From positions 11,972-75,971 of the forward strand of contig PHBI01000002.1 of assembly GCA_002841945.1 (NCBI GenBank): a stretch of 64,000 bases of DNA, read 5' to 3'. The notes under the pieces were generated by a model that did not search any database, was not told the origin of the DNA, and saw nothing but the letters and a program-made list of their open reading frames with translations. Both the position numbers and the translations under genes were made by a program. How positions within the stretch are numbered: position 1 is the first letter of the stretch; each line of letters begins with the position of its first letter. Below are positions 26,400 to 34,736 of the stretch, piece by piece. This DNA comes from Deltaproteobacteria bacterium HGW-Deltaproteobacteria-14. GTDB lineage: Bacteria > Myxococcota_A > UBA9042 > PHBI01.

Positions 26400-28352
26400 T
26401 CACGTGTTGGGGTTCGCGGCCACGGTTCCGTCGACGCGGGGTGGGCGGGGCCAGAGAGCCAGCGCCTCCTCGAAGAGTCGGCGGCCACGGGTCCGAATCG
26501 CTGCCTCGTCCCAGGTCTCGGCGTCCTGGAACCAGGTGTTGATGCGAATGAGGCTTTGCTGGGCGATCTCGGGCCGCTTGGTGGCGTAGGGGCCGTTGCT
26601 CACCGACGAGTTGAGGGCCTGGGTAAGAAGTGTCAGGTTTCCGAACGTGTGGATGACGCGGTTTCGCTGCTCGATCGCCGACTCGTGCCCGTCGACGACC
26701 TCGACCTCAGCCGGCGCGGGCCACGCGGTCTCCCACCTGACCGGCATGACGTGCTCGACCGAGAGTGGGCCAATGTACTGGATGTTCTCCTGCTTCACGC
26801 CGTGGAGCTGTCGGTTCAGCGCTTGGAGGATGAGCGCGACGCGGCTGCTCTGCACTTCGTTGTAGATGGGTCGATCCAGCCAATGGCGCTCAAAGAGGGC
26901 GTCATCCGGCCAGACCATCGCGCTGGAGTGGCCTTCTGCGAGGTAGTCGCTCACGAGGCCGCGGTCGATCTTGTCCGCGGCGTGCAGGCGTCGGAGCAGG
27001 CCGACAAAGACCTTCACGTAGCTCTTGGTGGGGAGGTTGCACACGAAACGGCGTACGAGATACGACTCCAGGTCGCAGAAGATGCCGGGCAGCGCGTCGG
27101 GATCGACACGATCGCCGGCGCTGACCATGAGGAAGAGGAGAATCGGGTACACGCTGCTGATGTCGAGCCCCTTGAGGCGTCGTGCGAACGCGGCCCACGG
27201 GAAATCGTCCTTGGGCTCCACCAGGTTTGCGAACACGTCGCTGTGGGTGCGGATGAACAGGAGCGCATCCTCCGCGTCGCGCTCTTCGGTCCCCTCCCAC
27301 CAGTCTCGGAACGCTCGGTACAGTCGGCCGACGCTGATCTCGTCGTCCATCTGCGACTGGAGATAGTGGTAGATGAAGATGTCCAGCATGGGCTGCTTCG
27401 CACCACCCAGGCGGACACGGCGCTTCCAGAAACGTTCCTCGGCTTTGCTCCCAGGCGTGGTCACTGGGCGCTCGTCGTACTCGCGCCAGAAGGTGTTGTA
27501 GAGTTCCGTCTGGTCCTTGCCTTGGGCCGTCGCTCGCATGAACGCGAAGTTACGGATGAGGTCTGATGGGAGCAGCGGCTCTCCACGCGCGTTCAGCGAC
27601 TCGAAGATCACCTGCGGGTCATCATCGTTCTGGAGCTCGATCTGTACCAGCAGGACATGCCGCCGGAGCGCGTTGTAGAGGGCCTGGGCGCGAGCCGCCA
27701 TCATCGCGTCGATGCCGTCCTCGACGTCGGTAAAGAACCCGTCCATCACGTCGTGGAAGTAGAGATACGCCTCGACAAGCGCGGGCCGCGGATCGGGTTG
27801 CCGTGCGTACTTGCGTCGTTTGAGCGGGAACGCATCCATCGCGGCAGCTGGGGAGCCGGCCGTCATCAGCTTCTCGAAGACGGTGCGATCGGTGTTCGTC
27901 GGCCAGACCTTGAAGACCTCGTGGGCGCCTCCGACGACTCCCTCATTGCGGGTCAGCCGAGCGAGGTCGTTGACGATCGCCTTGAGCGGATCCTGGCCTT
28001 GGTCTTCCGGCCTGGGGGCGTTCGCCAGACAATCGCGGAAGGCCGCCAGCACGATCTGCAAGGTCGTGAGGCGCTGCTGGCCATCGATGACCTCGGCGGC
28101 GTCGATGTGTGAGCCGAACGTCGCGAGCTGCCGGGTGACGATGGCGCCGAGGAAGTGGTTCTGCACGACGCCGTTCTTCTTGCCGGAGCGGCCCTCGTGG
28201 TCGAGGACCGCTCGGGCCCGCTCCACGATGTCGTTCCAGAGCGGCTGCCACTGCTTGTCCTTGGACCACACGTAGGGTCGTTGGAACAACGGCACGCAGT
28301 ACTGGCGCTCCTTGCGGAAGATGTCGAAGATGGCCGTCTTGCTCGTCTCCAT
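26400..28352 (-). CDS. GmrSD/BrxU-like type IV (modification-dependent) restriction enzyme, DUF262 (ParB-like NTPase) + DUF1524 (His-Me finger)
   Basis: N-terminus FDIFRKERQYCVPLFQRPYVW (DUF262 signature). C-terminus ...SVEHVMPVRW... (DUF1524 HNH-like). 650 aa. Confidence 0.8.
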   Translation of the reverse strand: METSKTAIFDIFRKERQYCVPLFQRPYVWSKDKQWQPLWNDIVERARAVLDHEGRSGKKNGVVQNHFLGAIVTRQLATFGSHIDAAEVIDGQQRLTTLQIVLAAFRDCLANAPRPEDQGQDPLKAIVNDLARLTRNEGVVGGAHEVFKVWPTNTDRTVFEKLMTAGSPAAAMDAFPLKRRKYARQPDPRPALVEAYLYFHDVMDGFFTDVEDGIDAMMAARAQALYNALRRHVLLVQIELQNDDDPQVIFESLNARGEPLLPSDLIRNFAFMRATAQGKDQTELYNTFWREYDERPVTTPGSKAEERFWKRRVRLGGAKQPMLDIFIYHYLQSQMDDEISVGRLYRAFRDWWEGTEERDAEDALLFIRTHSDVFANLVEPKDDFPWAAFARRLKGLDISSVYPILLFLMVSAGDRVDPDALPGIFCDLESYLVRRFVCNLPTKSYVKVFVGLLRRLHAADKIDRGLVSDYLAEGHSSAMVWPDDALFERHWLDRPIYNEVQSSRVALILQALNRQLHGVKQENIQYIGPLSVEHVMPVRWETAWPAPAEVEVVDGHESAIEQRNRVIHTFGNLTLLTQALNSSVSNGPYATKRPEIAQQSLIRINTWFQDAETWDEAAIRTRGRRLFEEALALWPRPPRVDGTVAANPNT

Positions 28353-29204
28353 CGTGCCTCCGTGTGCAAGGCACGACAGCTACTATCGCCCGCCGCGACT
28401 GTCCAGCCGACGGGAGCGGTGCGCGTCGTGACGCAGGTGCTGTTGCGCACCGCGGCGACTTGCTGGGCTGCGTCTCTGGCGCCGCTGAGCCTGGGGAGCG
28501 TCAACTCTGGACACGTTCCCTTCGCAGGCGTCCGGTTCAGAGGACGCCTTCTTCAGGTGCCCGGCGACGTGGCAACTGCATGCCTCTTCATCGACTACTC
28601 CCGTGCAGTTGGCGCGGGCCCCGCTGACGATGGTGACCGACGCGCAGCTGCGCTGGCTCGCCAGCGGCTACCCGGTCGAGTTCGTCGGTGCCGGCACCCC
28701 CCACCATCGACCAACCCGGTCGTCACCGGCTTCGACTCGCCGCCCAAGACGGCCCCAGGGCACGCGTGACACGCTGGTTCGCGGTGCCAGTGTGCACGGT
28801 GGTTGCAGTCCACCGGCGTGCACCACGGCCGTCAGCGGCCTTCTCGGCGATGTACTCGCGGAGCGCAGCGACGATGTCCCCGTGACGGTGTCGGTCATCC
28901 GAGATGCGGGTCGAGCCTCCGCCCTACAGAGCGTAGGGCCTTCACTTCGCGACGCGGCTTGCGCGCCGGCGGCGCCACGACCGTCTCCAGCGTCTACGAC
29001 CCCGCGAGCCTCGAGCGCGTTCGGCGACCGCGCCACCCCGGACCCGGTCATGGACCACGAGCGCAGCGACCCAATCCGGGTACCAATTTTGTACCAATCC
29101 CCCACAAAACCACTCGAAAACCAGCCACAGGCCGCGACAAGCCAGGATGCCATATGTGAACGATTCCAGTAATCTACAACACACGGCAACACCTGACAAC
29201 AGGA

Positions 29205-29258
29205 GTCCTGTCCGACTTTTAATCCGATGGTCGGGGGTTCGAGTCCCCCGCGACCCAA
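29205..29258 (+). other. tRNA/tmRNA 3'-end-like fragment (T-arm GGGGG-TTCGAGT-CCCCC + acceptor 3' strand GCGACCCA) without a matching 5' half; putative att-site remnant
   Basis: ggtcgggggttcgagtcccccgcgaccca. No complementary 5' acceptor strand and no valid anticodon stem upstream. Confidence 0.5.
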
Positions 29259-29363
29259 CGACTTCTCCGCTCGCCCGGCGGTCCTCCCCCCCCGCCCGTC
29301 GGCGCCCCGCGCTCTCGCGTGCCTTAGCTTGTCCGGGGGCGCGGCCGCTGGTACCGTCGCGAA

Positions 29364-29567
29364 ATGACTTTGCACGTCGAGACCGAGCTCGAGGACGATG
29401 GGCGTTGGATCGGCGCCGTGCCCGAGCTGCCCGGCGTGCTCGTCTACGCCGACACCCGCGAGGGCGCGGTCAACGCGGCCGTGACGCTGGCGCTCCGCGT
29501 GCTGGCGGACCGGGCCGAGCACGGCGAGGCGGTGACGCTGCCGTTCACGTTGGCCTTGGTCGCTTGA
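29364..29567 (+). CDS. hicB: HicB-family antitoxin (67 aa)
   Basis: MTLHVETELEDDGRWIGAVPELPGVLVYADTREGAVNAAVTLALRV... is a typical HicB/UPF0150 N-terminal fold. Immediately followed by a HicA-like ORF. Confidence 0.65.
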   Translation: MTLHVETELEDDGRWIGAVPELPGVLVYADTREGAVNAAVTLALRVLADRAEHGEAVTLPFTLALVA

Positions 29568-29776
29568 GCGAGTGGCGAGCGACGAAGGCTCGCCGCGTGC
29601 TCGCCGCGTTGCGGCGCATCGGGTGGTCGGAGAAGCGGGCGACCGGCTCGCACCGGGTGCTCGAGCGTGAGGGCTGGCCCAACGTCGTCTTCGCCTTCCA
29701 CGACGGCGAGGAGATCGGCCCCAAGATGCTCGCTCGGCTGGCCCTCGCGACCGGGCTGACCCCGGACGACCTGTAG
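29564..29776 (+). CDS. hicA: HicA-family mRNA-interferase toxin (~70 aa, TTG start overlapping the hicB stop)
   Basis: ...RATKARRVLAALRRIGWSEKRATGSHRVLEREGWPNVVFAFHDGEEIGPKMLARLALATGLTPDDL has the GSH motif and the HicA dsRBD-like pattern. In frame within ORF 29147..29776. Confidence 0.6.
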   Translation: MSEWRATKARRVLAALRRIGWSEKRATGSHRVLEREGWPNVVFAFHDGEEIGPKMLARLALATGLTPDDL

Positions 29777-30074
29777 CGCGCTGGCTTCCGCACCCACGCA
29801 TCGCGGTCGCGCTCGAGCAGATCGGCGCTCGAGTTGATCCAGATTGTGGCTCACGACGACACCATCAGGCGCTTGGTCAGCTCGTCGAGAAGTCGGATGC
29901 CGAGGCTCCCGTTGACTCTCGCTGGGCGTCGCCCAGTGCGGCGAACGCCCGGAGATCTTGCTATCTTGGTCCTCTCTCACGGCACCGACAGCTTGCTGTA
30001 CGCGCCCGCCTGGTAAAGAATCCGTTCCTAGTCCCGCGGCTTAGGAACGGGGCCGTTACCACGCGGAGGACCCC

Positions 30075-31253
30075 GTGAGAGATCGCGAAGCGGGAAGCTA
30101 CGAGATAACGGCGGTGGCCGGTGAGGCGGTGCGGGCGTTCGTGCCCGCCCCGCTGCCCCCTGGGGCGCCGCCGCTCGACCTCGCCGGCACGCTGCTCGCG
30201 CGCGTCCGCACCGCCGAGGAGGCCATCGTCCGCCTCGAGCTCGCCGGCGCGATGGTGCCGTCGTTGGACTGGTTCATCTACGCCTTCGTGCGCAAGGAAG
30301 CCGTCCTGTCCACACAGATCGAGGGGACCCAGACAACCCTGATGGACCTGCTGACCTTCGAAGCCCCGGACACCAGCGACCAGCCCCCGCCCAACGCCGA
30401 CGTCGAGGAGGTCTGCAACTACCTCGAGGCGATGAGGTTCGCCCGCGAGCAGCTGGCCGACCCGCGCGGCCTGCCGCTCTCCATGCGTCTGCTCAACGCC
30501 ACCCACGCCCTGTTGATGCGCGGCGTCCGCGGCGCCCAGAAGCGCCCGGGCGAGGTACGGCAGAGCCAGAACTGGCTCGGCGGGAGCCGCCCGGGGAACG
30601 CGCTCTACGTCCCGCCGCCCCCTCACCTGCTGCCCGCCCTCCTCGGCGACTTCGAACAGTACATCCACGCCGACGATGGCCTCCCGCCGCTCGTCCGCGC
30701 CGGGCTCCTCCACGTCCAGTTCGAGAGCCTCCACCCGTACCTCGACGGCAACGGGCGCCTCGGCCGCCTGCTCGTCGCGCTGCTGCTCGAACACTGGGGC
30801 CTGCTCAGCCAGCCGCTGCTGTACCTCAGCCTGTTCTTCAAGCGTCACCGCCCGACCTATTACCAACGCCTCGACGCCGTGCGCGCCGAGGGCGACTGGG
30901 AGGGCTGGCTCGACTTCTTCCTCGACGGCGTCGCGACGGTCGCTGACGAAGCCGTCGCGAGCGCGCGCGACCTGTTCGCCCTGGTGGCGGACGACCGCCG
31001 CCGGGTCCTCGCGCACGACGGCACGACCGTCGTGGCGGCGCGCCTCTTCGAGCTCCTGCCGCGCCACCCGATCGTCACCAACGCCTGGGCCGTCGCGCAC
31101 CTGGCCACGACGAAGCCGACCGCCGCGCGCGCGATCGAGGCGCTGGTGGGCGCCGCCGTCCTGGTCGAGGTCACCGGCCGCAAGCGCGACCGCAGCTACG
31201 CCTACCGAGCCTACCTCGACCGCCTCCGCGTCGGCACCGAGCTCGACGCCTGA
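30075..31253 (+). CDS. Fic-family protein (class II-like, with N-terminal inhibitory S-x-x-x-E-G motif), 392 aa
   Basis: Fic motif HPYLDGNGRLGR. Upstream STQIEG matches the [S/T]xxxE[G/N] alpha-inh motif. GTG start. Confidence 0.8.
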   Translation: MRDREAGSYEITAVAGEAVRAFVPAPLPPGAPPLDLAGTLLARVRTAEEAIVRLELAGAMVPSLDWFIYAFVRKEAVLSTQIEGTQTTLMDLLTFEAPDTSDQPPPNADVEEVCNYLEAMRFAREQLADPRGLPLSMRLLNATHALLMRGVRGAQKRPGEVRQSQNWLGGSRPGNALYVPPPPHLLPALLGDFEQYIHADDGLPPLVRAGLLHVQFESLHPYLDGNGRLGRLLVALLLEHWGLLSQPLLYLSLFFKRHRPTYYQRLDAVRAEGDWEGWLDFFLDGVATVADEAVASARDLFALVADDRRRVLAHDGTTVVAARLFELLPRHPIVTNAWAVAHLATTKPTAARAIEALVGAAVLVEVTGRKRDRSYAYRAYLDRLRVGTELDA

Positions 31254-31296
31254 CCAGACAGGAGGCCACAGGGCCGCATCGAGGCCCGTCGCGGTG

Positions 31297-31404
31297 GTCT
31301 CCGTCGACACCCGCGAGGGCGCGGTCAGCGCCGCCTTGGCGCTGGCGCTCCACGTGCTGGCGGACCGGGCCGAGCACGGCGAGGCGGTGGCGCTGCCCTG
31401 CTGA
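31297..31404 (+). pseudogene. duplicated fragment of hicB (3' ~100 bp), direct repeat of 29442-29549
   Basis: DNA and translated (...VDTREGAVSAALALALHVLADRAEHGEAVALPC*) similarity to the hicB C-terminus (...YADTREGAVNAAVTLALRVLADRAEHGEAVTLPF), ~85 % nt identity by eye. Confidence 0.5.
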
Positions 31405-31454
31405 GGCGTTTCGGGTCCACCGACGGCAGGCCAGGACGGCCTTGCGCAGGTTCA

Positions 31455-33104
31455 TCACGCGTCGAGGTGGTGCACGGCGGCCGCGGCGAAGGCGTCGTGG
31501 GCGGTCGTCTTGTCGGCGAGGTGCTGCTCCAGCCGGTCGAGCAGGCCCGTCAGCTCATCGACCTTCGCGACGATGCGCTTCTGCTCCGCCATCGGAGGGA
31601 TGCCGACCTGCGCTCCGAGCAGTACCGGCTGGGTCAACTTTCGGCGATTCGTGGTGCCCGAAGTTGCATCAATGAACGGGTAGAACATCAGCATCATGTT
31701 GAGATACTGCGGCGCCACAGCAACGCTCGGTCGCAAGACGTGTGCATGGTTGTTGACCCATGTTCGGCCCTCGATGAGGTAGGAAAATGGCTTGGTTCGC
31801 CCGATGAACGTCTCGTCCTCCACGACCAACACAAGGGGCTCATCGAACAACGCCTCGTCTATCCACCCCACCTGACCGTTGGCCCCATAGTAGGGCACAT
31901 CGCCCGCTCTCTCCGCCCTCTTGGCCTTGCTGACGGGAACACGAAGATGGTCGTAGGAGTAGGCGATGTCGTAGACGCACGCATCGGCCCACTCGACGGG
32001 CGGTTGCCACTCCCGCCGAATCCGCACTCCTGGGTGCTTCGCGAGCCTGATCCGCTTCTGCTGCGCCATTTCCGTGCGCTCGGCCTTCGCCCGCTCCAGC
32101 AGCGCGCTGGCCGGCTCGTCGTTCGGGTCCTGCGGCACCAGCCGACCGCGCACGGCGAGCTGGAGCACGGTCTGCCGCAGCGGGTCCACGTCGGCGGGGG
32201 CGGTGAACAGGTCGTCCATCCGCTCCGCGATGCGGTCCCACGCGACCTCGACCTCATCCGGGGTCTCGGCGTCCCGAAGGGCGGCGAGCGCGGCGTCGCG
32301 CAGTGCCGTGCGGGTGGCCTCGCGGGCGTTCCGGGCGGCCTCCAGCCGGTCGAGCAGGCCCATCAGCTCATCGACGCGGGCGACGATGCGCTTCTGCTCG
32401 GCGAGGGGGGGCACGGGTACCGCGTAGGCCGCCAGGGATCTGCCAGTGAGGTGCTTGATTGTCGCACCCGTGAACAGGTCTGCGAGACGCCCTCCCGACG
32501 AGTCGCACCGCAGGAGGTAGGCCAAGTACCACGACGAGATGCCACAGTAGGGCCGGGCTCGGTGCAGCGCCTTCTGGTAAACCATGCCGGCGACCGACTC
32601 GTCGCAGACCGCAGCACGGCCTGGCTCGCCTCCTTCGCAGATGACCAGGTCGCCGACTGCGAGTGAGCACTCGTCAACCTCACTGTCCTCCAGACGAAGC
32701 TGTTTGAGGTCGTCGAGTACGAACTCGAACCACTGGAGATTGGCGTTCCGAAGGTATGGACGGAGCGGACCCGAGTTCTTTGCCTTGTCGAGCATCTTGC
32801 CCAAGCGAGCATCGGTGATGGTTCCGAATCGTGTCCAAGCCCACCCTTCCGGCACGTCGAACGGAGTCTCGTCCCTCGAAACCCCCGTCGTCGCCTTCGG
32901 GGTTCGGATCTCACCGGCCTTGTGGAGCCGCGCCTTCTCCGCCGCGATGCGCTTGAGCAGCACGCTTGCAGGTTCGTCCTCGGGGTCCTGCGGCACGAGC
33001 TTTCCGCGCACCGCGAGCTGGAGCACCAGTTCCCGCAGTCGCTTCACCCCGTCCGGGGCTTCAGCCAGCGTGTCGAACGCCGCGATCAAGTCCTGCGGCG
33101 TCAT
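31455..33104 (-). CDS. hsdS: Type I R-M specificity subunit HsdS (two TRDs)
   Basis: Two repeats of the conserved ...PPLAEQKRIVA..VDELMGLLD..LE motif. 549 aa. Start overlaps the hsdM stop. Confidence 0.85.
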   Translation of the reverse strand: MTPQDLIAAFDTLAEAPDGVKRLRELVLQLAVRGKLVPQDPEDEPASVLLKRIAAEKARLHKAGEIRTPKATTGVSRDETPFDVPEGWAWTRFGTITDARLGKMLDKAKNSGPLRPYLRNANLQWFEFVLDDLKQLRLEDSEVDECSLAVGDLVICEGGEPGRAAVCDESVAGMVYQKALHRARPYCGISSWYLAYLLRCDSSGGRLADLFTGATIKHLTGRSLAAYAVPVPPLAEQKRIVARVDELMGLLDRLEAARNAREATRTALRDAALAALRDAETPDEVEVAWDRIAERMDDLFTAPADVDPLRQTVLQLAVRGRLVPQDPNDEPASALLERAKAERTEMAQQKRIRLAKHPGVRIRREWQPPVEWADACVYDIAYSYDHLRVPVSKAKRAERAGDVPYYGANGQVGWIDEALFDEPLVLVVEDETFIGRTKPFSYLIEGRTWVNNHAHVLRPSVAVAPQYLNMMLMFYPFIDATSGTTNRRKLTQPVLLGAQVGIPPMAEQKRIVAKVDELTGLLDRLEQHLADKTTAHDAFAAAAVHHLDA

Positions 33105-34638
33105 CCCTGGCCTCCGCCCGCGAGGGCCGCGGCGAGCACCTGGCGCAGCTCCTCACGCAGCGCCGCCGCTGCCGCCCGCTCCTTGTCGAAGCGCGCCAGC
33201 AGGTCGTCGGGGTCCTCGTGATTCGTGCCCGGGGCGTTCGGGTTGGTGATGTCGAGGTTGAAGCCGCGCTCGCGGAGCTGGTCGAGGCTGACCTTCCAGG
33301 CGTTCTCGCTCTCCTGGCGGTCGTTCCACCACGCCTTCTCGGGCGCGAACTCCTCGATGCGCATGGGCTTGGTCTTCGAGTAGCTCTTGTAGCCCGGCGG
33401 GTACGGGTGCTCGTAGTACCAGACCTCGGTGGTCGGGCGGCCCTTCTCGAAGAACAGCACGTTGGTCTTGATGCTCGTGTAGGGCGCGAAGACGCCCTTG
33501 GGCAGCCGGACGATGGTGTGCAGGTCGCACTCGGCCAGCAGGCGCTCCTTGATGCGGGTCTTGACGCCCTCGCCAAACAGCGTCCCGTCCGGCAGCACGA
33601 CGGCGGCCCGGCCGCCGGGCTTGAGCAGCTCGATGATGAGGACGAGGAACAGGTCGGCCGTCTCCCGGGTGCGGAAGTCGGCCGGGAAGTTGTTCTCGAT
33701 GCCGTCCTCCTCCATCCCGCCAAACGGCGGGTTGGTGACCACCACGTCCACGCGGTCGCGCATGGAGATGTCGCGCAGCGGGCGCGACAGGGTGTTGTCG
33801 TGAACCACGCCGACCGGCACGTCGATGCCGTGGACGATCATGTTGGTGACGCACAAGAGGTGCGGCAGCGGCTTCTTCTCGACCCCGCGGACGCTGGCCT
33901 GGAGCTGGGCCTCCTGGTCGGGGGTCCGCACGTCGCGCTTGCGAATGTTCTCGATGGCGCAGGCGAGGAAGCCGCCGGTGCCGCAGGCGGGGTCGAGGAT
34001 GATCTCGCCGAGGCGCGGGTTCACCATGTCCACGGCGAACTGCGTGACCGCGCGCGGGGTGTAGTACTCGCCCGCGTTGCCCGCGCCCTGCAGATCCTTG
34101 AGGACCTTCTCGTAGAGGTCGCCGAAGAGGTGCCGGTTGGTGGCGTCGTTGAAGTCGATGTCGCCCTGCATCTTGTTGATGACCTGCCGCAGCAGGGTGC
34201 CGGACTTCATGTACTGGTAGGCGTCGGCGAACACGCCCTTGACGAGGAGACGGCGGCGGCGGAGAGCCTGCGCGGCCCGCGCCTCCGCGTCGTCGGCCTC
34301 GATCTTGGGGCCGACCTCCATGCCCTTGAGCGCGGAGAACAGGGTGTTGTTGGCGAAGTCGAGCAGCCTGTCCCCGGTGATTCCCTCGGGGTCGGAAGCC
34401 CAGGCGGACCAGCGCAGGTCCTTGGCCGTCTGGGTCTCGCCGCCCTCCTGCCAGGTGACGTTCACCAGGGGGGAGGCGAAGTCCGGCTCCATCAGCGCCA
34501 GCTCTTGCTCGCGGTCGTCCCAGATCTTGAGGAAGAGGAGCCAGACGAGCTGGCCGATGCGCTGGGCGTCGCCGTCGACGCCGACGTCCTTGCGCATGAT
34601 GTCCTGGATGGACTTGACGGTGGTGTTCAGGGACACGG
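33101..34638 (-). CDS. hsdM: Type I R-M N6-adenine DNA methyltransferase HsdM (start probably GTG at 34638 or ATG at 34594, not the ORF-track start at 34798)
   Basis: NPPFG motif IV, DPACGTGGFL motif I, and N-terminal HsdM_N-like QRIGQLVWLLFLKIWDD. The longest ORF would overlap the hsdR 3' end by 61 nt, so an internal start is preferred. Confidence 0.8.
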
Positions 34639-34736
34639 GGTAGGCCTCGGTCAGGGATGGCAGTGGATGGGCGGGGCGACGGGCGGGGCGATGTCGGGGC
34701 GGCGGCGCTCGCCAGCGCCCGAGACAAGGCGGCGCG

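Noticed and set aside
29183-29258. Complete tRNA gene
   Set aside because: Only the T-arm and 3' acceptor strand are present. There is no complementary 5' acceptor strand and no base-paired anticodon stem, so it is a 3' fragment.
28353-29363. Integrase or recombinase gene near the tRNA-like fragment
   Set aside because: No ORF in any frame has a natural composition or tyrosine/serine recombinase motifs. The region appears non-coding or decayed.
33153-34727. 524-aa alternative-frame ORF overlapping hsdM on the same strand
   Set aside because: A frame-shifted shadow of hsdM (Arg/Pro/Gly-rich). hsdM in the NPPFG-containing frame is supported by multiple methyltransferase motifs.
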